Below, piece by piece: positions 46,730 to 58,500 of a stretch of DNA of 64,000 bases. The notes beneath the pieces were generated by a model. The model was not told the origin of the DNA. It was given only the letters and a program-made list of their open reading frames with translations, and did not search any database. The stretch lies in the IMG/VR virus record IMGVR_UViG_3300009161_000021; one strand, given 5' to 3'. This DNA comes from a virus (Duplodnaviria; Caudoviricetes). The translations under genes and the position numbers were made by a program. How positions within the stretch are numbered: the stretch's first letter is position 1; the number at the start of each line of letters is the position of its first letter.

Positions 46730-47159
46730 ACCCTTCCCAACTAATAACGACACCTGTTCCTGAGCTTGTCACGTTCGTCTTGAGACCGCTGGGGATCGCG
46801 ATCCAGCCCAGCTTGTCAGCGGCAGCGAGCGTGGCACGGATGAATCTGATCATGACAGCCTGGCCAGAACCAAAGCGGTACAGATCAGCCGCAGCTTCAA
46901 CGATGACCTGTCCCTGGCTCTCACGCTTGCTGATTCCAGTGTAGAGACCGTTGAGGACGCTTGATCTTATCGCGAGCTCAAGGATATTGTATATGTCCTG
47001 AAGTCCGTCCTCACCCTTACCCCTGAATCTCGAAAGACCCAAGCCTTTGAGCAATCCGTCGGGGTCACGATCAGCACGACCGAGTCCGCTTCCCGCCCAT
47101 CGTGGTGGGTTGTCTCCGAAGCTCCGGTACTTCGATTTCAGGTTATCACGAATGCTCAT
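46719..47159 (-). CDS. Hypothetical protein
   Basis: 146 aa, AGGAG SD. Confidence 0.6.
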   Translation of the reverse strand: MSIRDNLKSKYRSFGDNPPRWAGSGLGRADRDPDGLLKGLGLSRFRGKGEDGLQDIYNILELAIRSSVLNGLYTGISKRESQGQVIVEAAADLYRFGSGQAVMIRFIRATLAAADKLGWIAIPSGLKTNVTSSGTGVVISWEGFAK

Positions 47160-48352
47160 GCAGTCTCCTGTGATACATAGGCCGGTGAAAGGGAAACTTC
47201 GAAGTGTCCCAAGCCCTCGACATCTATTCCTTCGTCAGAAATTGCCATCAGCTGCTCCATCGAGCCCGGATGAACATCAACAAGAAGCGCGTCATGCAGG
47301 ACGTAGCAGGGAACGACATCGAGATCCAGTGCCTTGACACGTTCCAAGACGTCACCGAATCCTCCGAGCGCGACGTCAACAGCTGTGGATTGCGTGAAGT
47401 GTGAAACGAGAAGATGCTGGTCACGAGCTTCCGGGAGCGGCCGGCCCCAGTGACTCTTGATCATACCACTTCGTCCCAGATCTGATGCGAGACGTGCCCG
47501 AAGGGTTGAAAGTCCGAAGTAATCCTCAATCTGCTTCACCATGCTGGAGCTAAGATTTCCGACTTCCTCGGCTACACCAGCCCGTGAAGATCCGTAAAGC
47601 ATCTTCAGCGTGGCAAGCTTCACCTGCCTGCGATTCGCGGCCCCCCCGAGACGTTCTGAGACGTCGGAATAGATGTCGATGGGTGCAACACCAGCTCGAA
47701 GCAAGCGAAGGACTCGGGGCTCGAGAGACACAAAGTCGATCTGCATCATCTGACCGCCGTCAAACCTGCTCGACAGAATCCGACGATGATCCTTCTGCAA
47801 CGTGAGGATCCTCGGGCCCTCCTTCACCGTGAGTCGACCCGTTGCGGTCGCATGGGAGTAGACCGGTGGTTGAACCATGAAATCAGGTCCTGGTTCGAAG
47901 GAATCAAGAATGTGAGAGGACGATCCTGTCTGGCAGATCCGAAGCGCTGCGAGATCGATCCTACAGGGTCGAAGGGCCTCGAGCACGCGGCGTGAGCGAG
48001 CCATGACATCTGCGTAGCCCTCGAGACGTTCCAGAGCTTCCTCGAGGATGCTGCTGACACGTTCAGCGTGATCCCGGAGCGCACCGATCGGAATGACAAG
48101 GGGCCACGGAACTTGGCCACGCGCGAGGCCATCCATCGATCTCTCATACTCCGGAGGGATCGGTGCGGGTGATTCTATCCCGAGAGTCTCGAAGAGAGCG
48201 ATAACAGACATCGATGCCTGAGGGTCGCCTAACATCCAGGATCCTTGAGTCTCCGACTCCCAACGGGATGAACCACCTTCGAAGACAAGGTTCTTGGGTG
48301 AGTTAAGGGCGTATCTCGAGATTGATAGCATGAGCAACCCTAACGAGACCAC
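47156..48352 (-). CDS. Truncated family A DNA polymerase (polymerase domain only)
   Basis: TATGRL, motif A IDFVSLEPRVL, motif B RRQVKLATLKMLYG, motif C VLHDALLVD. Confidence 0.85.
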   Translation of the reverse strand: MVSLGLLMLSISRYALNSPKNLVFEGGSSRWESETQGSWMLGDPQASMSVIALFETLGIESPAPIPPEYERSMDGLARGQVPWPLVIPIGALRDHAERVSSILEEALERLEGYADVMARSRRVLEALRPCRIDLAALRICQTGSSSHILDSFEPGPDFMVQPPVYSHATATGRLTVKEGPRILTLQKDHRRILSSRFDGGQMMQIDFVSLEPRVLRLLRAGVAPIDIYSDVSERLGGAANRRQVKLATLKMLYGSSRAGVAEEVGNLSSSMVKQIEDYFGLSTLRARLASDLGRSGMIKSHWGRPLPEARDQHLLVSHFTQSTAVDVALGGFGDVLERVKALDLDVVPCYVLHDALLVDVHPGSMEQLMAISDEGIDVEGLGHFEVSLSPAYVSQETA

Positions 48353-48366
48353 CCTACTTTTTCACA

Positions 48367-51300
48367 TCACTTCGGAGCCTTGGGCGGTTTGTCCTTCAGC
48401 TGCTGGTCGAGTTCCTCTTTCGCAGCAGCCATGACGATCCCGGCAGCTTCAGCTCCCATCGCGGCGATGTACTCGTCAGCGTTCAAGATGAGCTCTACGA
48501 TTCTCTTCGCCTGCTCGATGTCAGATTGGACCTCTGCGTACTTCGCAGCAACCTCGGCAGCTTTCTTCTGCGCTTCAGCGGCGGCGATCTTGACCTCCTC
48601 CGGTATCATCGCCTCGATCTTCGCCTGGGCTGCGACCTTTGCCTCCTCAACCTCAAGCGCGATCCTGTCCTTCACCTTCTGCAGCTCAGCATCGATCTTC
48701 ATCTGAACTTCGATTGCAACGCGTGCGGCGGGCGCGAGTGACTTGCCGATCGCGCGACCAGCGGCCTGCAGGAACTCGCGCTCCTTTATCTTTGCGCGAT
48801 CAATCGCGTTCTTCTCTTCCCGGGGACCAGAGAGTTTCACGGGAGCGGGTGGCGCAGTCGGCGAAGCGTCACTCGGGGCTTTCTCTGACATTGCATTCTT
48901 CACCCGAACGGCAAGCATCGCGAGATTCTGGCTCAAGCTTGTGTAGGTCGCGAAGCCCTCACCGTAGCTGAGCTTGACGTCAGTCTTAAATCCTGATGGA
49001 CCGATCTTATGCTCGGCTCCTTGCACGAAGTACACGTTGTCGATTGAAGTTCCAGTTCCGAAATCAACGAAAACACGTTGCATCGGGAAGAAGAGCGGAC
49101 AACCGAACGTCGAGAGACTCAGTGAACCTGGAATGAGCTGCATGGGAACTCCGCCGTCAACGACATCAGGTGCCACCTCGCCGGGAGCCTGAAATGACCT
49201 TACCATCATGGCATTACCAAAGCCGGCATTCGATACGCTCGCAAGTGAAGCGTTGATTATTCCCGAGTTCATCGAACCGTAGGTGAAGGTTGGCATTCCA
49301 GCAGACACAAGACGTTTGATATCATTGTAGTCTCCCGCTACCGAGTACATCGGTGGCAGACCCTCAATGGGCTTTCCGTCGCTTCCTTTAACGTTTGAGG
49401 TGTCAAGCTTTTTCAGCAATCCAGCTTTCTCACCGGCTTCAAGGACCGCATTGAGATCCTGACGTCTTTGAGTGATGAACTCCTTACCCGGGCTGCCGAC
49501 TGCCTCACGTGTTGCATCAGAGACCGGTCCGACTATCACCCCGAGTTGGTCATCACGAGCTGCCGTGAGCATTTCACCGAGAGTTCTGGTGGCTGTTGCG
49601 CTTGAGTCAAAGACATGAATCTTTATTATTGTCTTTGCTGTTCCATCCGAGTAGCGAAGCTTCTCTCCACGCGCGTCGAGAAGAGGAGCTCCCTCAACGA
49701 AAATTCCAAGCTTCGGTTGAATGAATTTCTTTTCGTAGATACCAACTTTCTCTAAGCGTTCCTCCTGGGTCGCCAAGAATGAAGCTGCGTTCTTGCCCTT
49801 GGCAAACTCAGCCGTTCCCTTCGAAGCCTTATCTTTGTTGTAAAAATCTGCCATCATGTAAGCTGGGTCGACAGGAAACCCAACGAATCTACTGTTGAGC
49901 AGCTCAATCATCTGATGGAGCGACATCTCTGGATTTTTGGTCACGAACTCGGACACATAGGAGCTGAGCTTGTTCTTGCTGATCGGAAACCAGCTTAGGG
50001 GACAGCCGTGAAGAGCGCCCGCGTAATCATTGAGAGGGTAAAAGATGACCTGAACTTCCTCGTACTGACCTGAATCAGCAAGCGGATTCGCGACGAGTGA
50101 CATAAAAATCGAACCCAGCGATGAGAAACCGCCCGATTCGGCCGGGTTCTTACCTTTCACGTAATCCAGTGCCTGCTGTGCCGTGCCTCCATTCGAGTCG
50201 TACCAACCTCCGGCACGTCGTCCCTCAAGATCCGTGAAAAAATCATCTGAGATGCCATCATCTCCCATTTTTGGAATTTTTCCGACCATCTCCGTGTAGC
50301 TTGTCTTTAGTTTATCAGCGATTTCAAAAACTGTGCCATTTGTCCCTGGTTTCGCTTTCCACGCACCCTTGCTCAGAGTCACCTCTCCGAAAGCGTCAGC
50401 AAAAGCATTCACTATGGCATCGCTCTTATCCATAGTGATGCCCTTTCCTTTCTGCTCCTGAAGGGAGTCAAGAGCATTCATGAAGCTGCTATCGCTCGCA
50501 GCTTTAATGAGTGATGTTGGATCGGTGATTGAATTCACGAAATCGTACTTTGCCATCCCTGGACCAGGGAGGCCCGAAGCTCGAACGAGCGCTAGGGCTT
50601 CTTTCACTTTCCGAACTATGCGTTCAAGATCATGCTGCCACTGCCGAGTTGCTCGGGTTGATAAGCTTAGAAGATCCGTGCTTCCCACTGAAAAGAGATT
50701 TAGAGAGATTTTTACTCCTCCGCCTTCCTCGAAGTTGTAACTTGATGTCGCAATCCTGTAGCGACCCTCCACCTTCAAAGCGTCAAGGAACTTTCCGAAC
50801 GAGTTGCTTGATTTGAGTCCCCCGTCAGGATGTGACCACCCGTAAGTGACGTCGATGAATGTTCTTCCGTAGAGATCAGGTCGGACGAGATCAGCGATCT
50901 CACGAAGTCGAGATCGATCATGTACCGTGATCTCCATCCTGATCTGTGAGAATGATGAGGTGTTCTTCTGCATCTTAACAGAGACGCTAAGCTCACCGAG
51001 GGAGGCGAGAGGGCGAAGTCGATCGATAACCGGTACGTACTCCGCTCCGTGAGCGTCCATGTTGACGAGCGTCTGAGGAGCTGTGAAAAGCTCCATGCCA
51101 GATCGTGTTCCGATTCCAAAATCGAGAACCTCGGATCCCACTGGCGTCGCTTGAGCGCCTAACATCGCAGAGTCGGCAGACCCGAGTCCCGGTGGGTTGA
51201 GAAACCTGAGCAGAGTCGGGGCGACCGTATTGCCATCCGCACCCGTCGCTGGACGTGAGGTGACAAGCTCAACGTTCACATATGGAACGCATTTCGACAG

Positions 51301-51873
51301 TTCAAGCGTCGGAATCGCGTTCATGAAAACCTCGATCGGTCCCATGTCCCTCGTCGCTGGTCCCATAGCTGGATTCGCGACTGCTACAGCGTACACGTTC
51401 GGAGCCTGATTCGTGGGTTCCGTCGGGGACGTGTTTATCTTGCTCGGAGCTCCGATTCCGCTAATCTTTTCGAAATTTGCGCCCGAAAAGATGCTCTTCT
51501 TTTCTCCGATACCAGCGATCTTGAACTGTGAACCGTACTTGTCCTCGACGCTCAATTGATCAACATTATTCACATTTCCGAGGAAGGCGCTGATGCTGAG
51601 TGCTCCGTTGATGAGATCAGAGATATGCTCTGCTGATGGAGATCCTGTCCTCGGCTCAGCAGCGACCCTGATCACGTCCCCGAGCGCGTTAATTTTATCG
51701 AGATCGGTTCGATATGAGCTCTGTAGATTTGTTGTGGTAGAAGCAGCTTTTCTATTCGCGCGGGCGACAAGGCGTGCCTCCCATGTCCTGTCGATGTAAT
51801 CAGCGTCGGTAATCGCGCCGAAGTACTGAGCAAGCTCGTTGGTTGCAGCATTGAGAAGTGGTGAACGTGGCAA
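48367..51873 (-). CDS. Large baseplate hub/tail-associated protein
   Basis: Probable TTG start at 51873 after the LysM gene stop; FIDVTYGWSHP, YRIATSSYNF, FVDFGTGTSIDNVYFVQGAEHKIGPSGFKTDVKL (late-control D/gp27-like pattern); position in the tail module. Confidence 0.7.
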   Translation of the reverse strand: MPRSPLLNAATNELAQYFGAITDADYIDRTWEARLVARANRKAASTTTNLQSSYRTDLDKINALGDVIRVAAEPRTGSPSAEHISDLINGALSISAFLGNVNNVDQLSVEDKYGSQFKIAGIGEKKSIFSGANFEKISGIGAPSKINTSPTEPTNQAPNVYAVAVANPAMGPATRDMGPIEVFMNAIPTLELSKCVPYVNVELVTSRPATGADGNTVAPTLLRFLNPPGLGSADSAMLGAQATPVGSEVLDFGIGTRSGMELFTAPQTLVNMDAHGAEYVPVIDRLRPLASLGELSVSVKMQKNTSSFSQIRMEITVHDRSRLREIADLVRPDLYGRTFIDVTYGWSHPDGGLKSSNSFGKFLDALKVEGRYRIATSSYNFEEGGGVKISLNLFSVGSTDLLSLSTRATRQWQHDLERIVRKVKEALALVRASGLPGPGMAKYDFVNSITDPTSLIKAASDSSFMNALDSLQEQKGKGITMDKSDAIVNAFADAFGEVTLSKGAWKAKPGTNGTVFEIADKLKTSYTEMVGKIPKMGDDGISDDFFTDLEGRRAGGWYDSNGGTAQQALDYVKGKNPAESGGFSSLGSIFMSLVANPLADSGQYEEVQVIFYPLNDYAGALHGCPLSWFPISKNKLSSYVSEFVTKNPEMSLHQMIELLNSRFVGFPVDPAYMMADFYNKDKASKGTAEFAKGKNAASFLATQEERLEKVGIYEKKFIQPKLGIFVEGAPLLDARGEKLRYSDGTAKTIIKIHVFDSSATATRTLGEMLTAARDDQLGVIVGPVSDATREAVGSPGKEFITQRRQDLNAVLEAGEKAGLLKKLDTSNVKGSDGKPIEGLPPMYSVAGDYNDIKRLVSAGMPTFTYGSMNSGIINASLASVSNAGFGNAMMVRSFQAPGEVAPDVVDGGVPMQLIPGSLSLSTFGCPLFFPMQRVFVDFGTGTSIDNVYFVQGAEHKIGPSGFKTDVKLSYGEGFATYTSLSQNLAMLAVRVKNAMSEKAPSDASPTAPPAPVKLSGPREEKNAIDRAKIKEREFLQAAGRAIGKSLAPAARVAIEVQMKIDAELQKVKDRIALEVEEAKVAAQAKIEAMIPEEVKIAAAEAQKKAAEVAAKYAEVQSDIEQAKRIVELILNADEYIAAMGAEAAGIVMAAAKEELDQQLKDKPPKAPK

Positions 51874-51875
51874 GG

Positions 51876-52169
51876 TTACACAAGCTCCAGAACTGAGTTC
51901 ACGTTTGTCGGAGCAAGGAGACGAGTCCCGGGCGGGACCTGCAACCACCAGCCGACCCCAGAAGCGATGGCGATAACCCACCAGAGCTTGCCATCTCCGT
52001 AGAGATCACCAGCGATGTGATCGAGACGTTGCGCTTCGGTGGTGGTGATCTCACGGGTCGCTATTGAACCATTCGCGATTGCCTGTCGAATTCGCAGGAT
52101 CGCCTGTGAGGAAGCGAGCCGTTGAGGCGCCCCGATGATCTGATCTTTCTGATACCTGCTGGTGGCCAT
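51876..52169 (-). CDS. LysM/tail-X-like baseplate protein
   Basis: QRLDHIAGDLYGDGKLWWVIAIASG...PGTRL. Confidence 0.8.
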   Translation of the reverse strand: MATSRYQKDQIIGAPQRLASSQAILRIRQAIANGSIATREITTTEAQRLDHIAGDLYGDGKLWWVIAIASGVGWWLQVPPGTRLLAPTNVNSVLELV

Positions 52170-52187
52170 TTTCTCTCCCCGTCAATC

Positions 52188-55100
52188 TTAGAACAATTTG
52201 CCTAACCAGTTAGGCTTGAATGTCTCTTCGTAAGCTATCTGGCTCTCAGCTGCATCGAGAGCTGCGTCTGTTCTCTTCGTTGTTCCTGCACCGTAAGGCT
52301 CTTTTTCACCGCCCTCAACGATTCCATTGACGAGTCTTCCGACCGGGTAGATCGGTGCTCTATTGAAGCCCTCATGGTCGAGGCCCGGTGCGATGTCGTG
52401 GATGGGCTCAAAGCTCATTTGCACCTTGCAAGAACGGGGCGCTCTGTTACCGGGCCCATCCTCTCCAACGCCCCAGAGAGCGTCATTCCATGTAAAGCCA
52501 AGCTGTGTGACAACGGCTGCGAGCCCCATGCCTGCAGCTGATTCGAAAGAGCGAACGATGAAATTGTTTTTTGCGTCGTAAAAATCTCTTATGTCACCAT
52601 TTGCGTCGTAGTTCAGATACGTTTTGGGAGTGTACTCGTCGTAATTTACGAGGATGGTAACCAATTTACCTTCCGCAAATATACTCAACGTAGCTACGCC
52701 GTTTGTGGGATCAACAGTTCCAGAAGCGTTCTCCGCTTTTTTAAAGATCTTGATCATTTCACCCGAAACTACACCCGTGATTGCGTCTACTGTGTAATAT
52801 TCTCCGGGCTTTACCGTGAAAGATGATATTCCAGCCCCAAGACCAGAAACAGATTGACCGAAATCGTTACTCTGATAACCGAAGATACGTTTTAGATTGA
52901 ATCTCGAGTAATTCGATCGAATCAAGTCTCCGACTCTTAAGCGAATAACCGGAGTTGCAGTGGGTATTTGAGAAAACGGTTGAGTGAACTTGAAATCAGA
53001 GTCGTTTATCTTTCCGCTGAGCTCTCTGCCTTTAGACCATTGCGGATAAACCATCGTTGTCAACTTATTGATCTGCCACCACATGTAATCGAAATCCTGC
53101 GGGTTCATTCCAACAATGTGAAACGTACATGCAACGGAGCGCTTTGTATCCTTATACGTCTGAACGTTCTCAATGCGACCGTATCCCGAAGTTGAATTAT
53201 AGTTCGCAGTGTAAGAATCAGTGATGTCATCTAGGAAAGCGTGGAAAGAGATGATCTCGTTTGTTCGAAGATCATGGAAATAGAAGGGCATGTACTCAGC
53301 GTCAAGAGCTGATTCTATCGATCGAACCGTCTCGGCAGAAATCCTTAACTTACCGTCAACATCGCTGGGGACCACGCCCTTCATACGATCAGCGACGTTT
53401 CCCGTCATCAGATTTCGATAAGATTGCGTGCTTCCGGCTGGAATCAAGTGCGCCGATGGGAGATCAGCGAGTCCTAAAGTGCTTCCACGCAGGCCGACGA
53501 GCTTGTCACCGTAAACACGACGAGCTGCGAAACCCTTCGCGGTGACGCTTGCACCTTTATCTTTCGAAAGATCAAATCCAGCTGAAGTTCCATAAGCATA
53601 TGCTGGTGAGGTCTCAATGTCAGTGCCACGATGCTCGATCGCAGCAGCTTGCGTGTAAACTAAGTCACCGATCTGCGCGAGAGTGTTCACAAACTTGAAG
53701 AGGGTCGAATCAAAGATGCTGTTTGAGCCTCCGCCAGCTCCGATGAGATCGAGACCTGCGTTTTTCAGTTCAGTCACAATATCACCCAGAGCGTAAGCAT
53801 TACGGTTGAGCGTTCTTATGATGTTCATGTAGTACTGACGTTGAACGGGATCAGCGAAAATAACCGATGTTAGTCGAGCAGTCGTTTCAGCAAGAATAAC
53901 AGCGGTGTTTCCATTGAGAACGAAAAAACCGCTTCCCAGAATAAGATCCTTGTCGATTCCGTATGAAACTCCGAGAAACGAAGCAAGGCCTGCGACAACG
54001 CAGTCTCCATAATTTGCGGTTGGGTTTGTCGGAGAATAGAACGGGTTGGTGAGTGTGAGACCTGTGACGTTGCTTGCGATATCGAGGGCTTTCGTTAACC
54101 CGGAAGCGAAACTTCCGGGTGGTTCCTCGTACCTGAACTTTCCAAACTTCAGTCTCCTGTTGTTTTTAAGTCCCGAGTTCACCTCGGCTGGAATCGCTGC
54201 TTTCGATTCTTTCGATGAACCGGCCGACCCAAGCAGCGCGGCGGCTAGAACAGCCCCAATGAATACGCCGCTCGTGACGAACGCGGTGAAAGCAGCGGAT
54301 CCCGTGTCGAATCCTGTATATGGAGCGTCTGGTCCGTATGGGACCGGGGTCGCTTTCGTGGTATAACGACCCTGATCTTCCCCAGCTTCTCCGGTCTCAA
54401 ACGCGTCGAGTCCGCCGGACGCCATCGTCCTATTCAGGTCCTGGAGGCTCTCTGGCGCTGCTGCTGCTGCTCTCAACGTTGCAGCGTTGAGCGGCTCTTG
54501 CTTCCAAGGACCCTTAAGCCACTTGCTTACGTCCTGATTCGGGCCTGTTGCCGTGATGGGAGCGCCCATCGCTCGTGCCATCAGGCTCTGCGCAACGCCC
54601 GTAAGATCCTTAAGATCGACTCGCTTGATGTCGGCGGTGTCGTACGATTTTCCAAGAGAATCACCGAGACGAACACGTCGGGCTGTCTCGATCCCCTCGT
54701 GTCTCGAGAAGCTGTTGTCGGCTGAGACCTCAAGATCATTGACTATCGTCTGTCCCGAATTTAGGTTCTTGTCTCGAAGCGCTTCACCCAAAGTTTTCGC
54801 GTACCTCGACGCGTTAGGAGTCGTGACTCGGGTGCTTGTTCCAGGACCCTGTGATCCGACAACACCATCGAGAGCATCAGGTCCGCTGCCGACGTGGTTG
54901 GAGCGTGCCTGACCTTTCGGAGAAACGTCAACGATCTGACTTACATCTCCGAAAAGAGCTGAAGGCTGAGTCTCCAGGTCCATAGCTTCATGAACTGCGC
55001 CCGTGAGTCCCGATGTGAAGCTATTCTGCGTCGCATCACCCTCTGCGATGCTATAGGGATTCGCATGATTTGGGGGATCTTGTCCCGTGTAAGGGTTCGG

Positions 55101-55262
55101 ATTGTTACTGTCAAATCCAGGTGTGAATCCGTGTGTGAGGGAGCTGAGGTATGATCCAAGCGTTCTCTTCTGCTCTTCGGGAATGTCGGTCCCATCGAAC
55201 TGAACTCCATCGCCCCCAGCGTCGATTAACGGATATGGTGGTGTGAACTTCGTCGATGGCAT
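52188..55262 (-). CDS. Baseplate/tail-tube initiator-like structural protein
   Basis: C-terminal YMPFYFHDLRTNEIISFHAFLDDITDSY...GYGRIENVQTYKDTKRSV...TPVIRLRVGDLI...SCKVQMSFEPIHD. Confidence 0.65.
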   Translation of the reverse strand: MPSTKFTPPYPLIDAGGDGVQFDGTDIPEEQKRTLGSYLSSLTHGFTPGFDSNNPNPYTGQDPPNHANPYSIAEGDATQNSFTSGLTGAVHEAMDLETQPSALFGDVSQIVDVSPKGQARSNHVGSGPDALDGVVGSQGPGTSTRVTTPNASRYAKTLGEALRDKNLNSGQTIVNDLEVSADNSFSRHEGIETARRVRLGDSLGKSYDTADIKRVDLKDLTGVAQSLMARAMGAPITATGPNQDVSKWLKGPWKQEPLNAATLRAAAAAPESLQDLNRTMASGGLDAFETGEAGEDQGRYTTKATPVPYGPDAPYTGFDTGSAAFTAFVTSGVFIGAVLAAALLGSAGSSKESKAAIPAEVNSGLKNNRRLKFGKFRYEEPPGSFASGLTKALDIASNVTGLTLTNPFYSPTNPTANYGDCVVAGLASFLGVSYGIDKDLILGSGFFVLNGNTAVILAETTARLTSVIFADPVQRQYYMNIIRTLNRNAYALGDIVTELKNAGLDLIGAGGGSNSIFDSTLFKFVNTLAQIGDLVYTQAAAIEHRGTDIETSPAYAYGTSAGFDLSKDKGASVTAKGFAARRVYGDKLVGLRGSTLGLADLPSAHLIPAGSTQSYRNLMTGNVADRMKGVVPSDVDGKLRISAETVRSIESALDAEYMPFYFHDLRTNEIISFHAFLDDITDSYTANYNSTSGYGRIENVQTYKDTKRSVACTFHIVGMNPQDFDYMWWQINKLTTMVYPQWSKGRELSGKINDSDFKFTQPFSQIPTATPVIRLRVGDLIRSNYSRFNLKRIFGYQSNDFGQSVSGLGAGISSFTVKPGEYYTVDAITGVVSGEMIKIFKKAENASGTVDPTNGVATLSIFAEGKLVTILVNYDEYTPKTYLNYDANGDIRDFYDAKNNFIVRSFESAAGMGLAAVVTQLGFTWNDALWGVGEDGPGNRAPRSCKVQMSFEPIHDIAPGLDHEGFNRAPIYPVGRLVNGIVEGGEKEPYGAGTTKRTDAALDAAESQIAYEETFKPNWLGKLF

Positions 55263-55510
55263 CAGAACCTCCTTGGAGCGCGTTGGGTCGGGCGATTGGG
55301 ATCAGCCGCCGCATCCTTATTTAATGACGTAAGGAAGTTATCGAGAGCTCCTTGCGGAAGACCCGTGATGAGAGCTTCATACGGTCTGAGCTCAGCTTCG
55401 AGGGTTGCGATCGCAGCCTCACGCTCAGCTTCCGGCACACGCTCAAGGAGCGAGGCGTAGAGAGGAGTTCTCTGTATGATATTAAGAAGCCTGCTCATTC
55501 TCCTCTCCAT
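55262..55510 (-). CDS. Hypothetical protein
   Basis: 82 aa between the tape measure and baseplate genes. Confidence 0.6.
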   Translation of the reverse strand: MERRMSRLLNIIQRTPLYASLLERVPEAEREAAIATLEAELRPYEALITGLPQGALDNFLTSLNKDAAADPNRPTQRAPRRF

Positions 55511-58500
55511 GAGTCATCGTTTCTTCTGGTTTCGAGCAAGCTCTCCGGGCTTCCGGGCTTGTACTCTGTCGTGTAGAAATCGTACTGGTTGCTACGCACG
55601 GAGTCCGGAGACTGGAGATAATCGGCAAATTCAACGTTGGGCTTGACGAATCCATCGAGGACGAGTGTCTCCGCCATCTTCTGCGCGCTCATCGTGACGT
55701 TCATGTTGACGGTGATCGAGACAGCGCCGTTGTTTATGTCGAACTTCTTCTTCACGACGTTCATCTTGGTGCCGAACCCTTCGACAGCAGCGTCGAGTCT
55801 CACAGTATCGAGAGCTTCGAGCACTTTGGCCGTCTCCGCCATCGCAGCCTTGATCTGCTGGAGCTGCTCCAGTGACGCGTTCACACGCTTTGCCACGTCG
55901 CCTGGGAGCTTTTCGGTCATGCCCGCGATATAGGTGCCGAGCACGTTGAACGAACCCTTCATGTTGGTTTCTCTTTTCGCGAGAGCTTCAAGGTCGATAC
56001 CATCGAAAGCCTTGAAGCTGTTGAGCGCGTTGAACAGATGGGTTGGGAAGCTCGCCGTGAGATCGCCGTTACCAGCGACTGTGTCTAGGAAAGTTTTAGC
56101 GCTCTCGATGTCAGTGGTAGCAACTTTGGACGCCGCTGATATCGCCGAGATCATTCCCATGAGCGCGCCCGAGGGAGCAAATATCTCGGTGAAGAAGCTG
56201 ATTTGGGTCTGATCTATCGCATTTGCTGGATCGTTCAACGCTGTCGCTAAATTATTGATGACTTTCGTCATCATCTGAATGATTCCGTCGGATGCCTCGA
56301 CCGGGATCGATTCGGTGTCAGTTTCGATGACTCCGCTTCCCGTTCCGAACAGGAGAGAGTTCAATGATGACATCGCGGAAACGACGTTTCCAGATACATC
56401 AAACGCTTGCACTGATTTAAGGAGCTCAGTTATGCTTTTTCCGAATGAGCCCAAGAATGTAGCGACTGTGGAGATGAGGCTCACCTTACCAGAAAGAGCG
56501 TCGACCTGATCTTTCGATAGATTCACCCTGCTGTTAATGTCGTTGAGAATATCAACCGCACCGCCTCCGACAGCGCCGATGAACTTACGAACCTGGTCCA
56601 TCGAATCTTCGGCTGTGGCCGTGGAGCCACCAGCTGCGAGACTAGCCGAAGTCTTGATGAAATCGAGTCCTGCGGTTCCGAACGTGCTCATCATCTTTGA
56701 CATCGGATCGAGGATGAGAGCTAGGGTCTGGAACTTCTGTGTTGCTGTCGCAAGATCGCCACCGAGTGAATCCTCGAACTTGCTTATGACACCGACGATT
56801 CCGACCTTCTCGTCCTTGTTTCCGACCATGGAAGAGATGTATCCCATGATTCTTGCGATCTTTGAAGATGGAGATTCTTCGCCCATGACCTCAGTGATCG
56901 TTCCGTCGGGATTCGTGGTTGTCGCGACCACCGTCGGAATGCCAGGAAGCGAGTTAAGATCCGTCGCGACCTTTATCATCGTTCCCATCATTGTTCCAAC
57001 ACTCGAGAATATCTTTCCGAGATTACCCATTGCGTCGATGTCCTCGGGTTTCACGGACGCGGCCAAAGAATTGATGTTCTTCAGCTGAGCAGCAAACTCT
57101 GGACTGCTAAGATACGTGGTCATAGAAGAGATCATCGCCGTAACTTTCGGAATAACCGCATCGAAGATATGCGAGATGCCAGCGAGGACCGCGACAGAAA
57201 CGGCGCCGCCTGCCAATTTCGCGAACAGGTCTCCCTTGTCCATCGACGCGACTCCCATCAAGATCGCAGCTATGCCGCCCATAGCGGCCACGAGCACAGC
57301 CCCAGTGATCAAGAAAGCGTTCTGCAACCCGTCCGCATTCACGGTCGAAAGCGTCGCTCCTGCGTCAGCGAAAAGCTGAATGAGACTTTTTCCGCCACCC
57401 TCAGGAGGCTCCAGCACTGATCTCACGAGCTTGATGATCGATGCACCTATCAATGAGATGCCGAGAGCAATAGCTCCGTACTCAGCTGCTTTTGTCGCAG
57501 CGCCCCCGAACATGCCGACCAGTCCACCGAAGCTATCCGGACCCGTGCCTGTCATAGCAGCACCTTGCTTGTTAAGCGCAGCAGCAAGATCATTCTGGGC
57601 TTTGGCGCTCTCATCCGCCTGCCGGGCAGCCTCAGAGATCTCCTCTGTTGTTCCGCCACCGGTGAAGAGGCCCATCACAGTATCTTTTAGCTGCCCGAAA
57701 ATTCCAGACGCTGCTGTGAGAATAGGACCGCCAGTGACGAACAACGTCGCGAACGGGAACTCCTGGATGGCACGTCCCAGGAAAGCAACGAGCTCGGACC
57801 CGAATTCGATCAGGATCGGCATGAAGGAGGGAAGCTCCCTGACAAGCTCACTGAAACCGTCCTTTATGCCCTCCAGCAGCCCCTGACCGATCGATGGGGA
57901 ACCGTCGGCCGGTTTCGTGAATGCCTGACGCATTGTTTTCGTAAGATTCGAAAGCACAGTCTTCAATGATCGAACGAGACCGAGGACGATTCCCGGCAAC
58001 GCTGCTGCGACCGCGAGAAACGTCTGGGTGAGACCTTCCATCAAATTGTCGAATATCGAGGGTTGCCCGTTTTTACCGGTGAAAAGACCATTGAAACCAT
58101 CCGTGATGACGGATGTGATTCCCGTCATCAAGTTTTTTGCAGCGTTCTTCGGATCCGTTGACATCGCTATTGTAAATTTTTCAATTTCAAGAGCAACCTT
58201 CGAGAAAATATCACCGATCGTTGTGACAACGTCGAGAAGACCTTGGAGGGCTTTCGTAACGCCTGGCACCTGTAGGAATGCTGAGAACGTCCTCATTCCT
58301 GCGTAATAAGTTTCCAGCAGCGCCTTGGCGATATTGTTGACGGCGTCCTGGACGGGTTTCGAACGATCAAAGGCATCCATAAAGCCCTTGATGAACGCAT
58401 CGAAGAAGCTCGTGAATCTCTGAATGGGTATTATCACGTTTTCGATGCTATCGGCGAGATCGCGCATGATCTCTTCCTGCGTCTTATGTCCCTTCATTGC

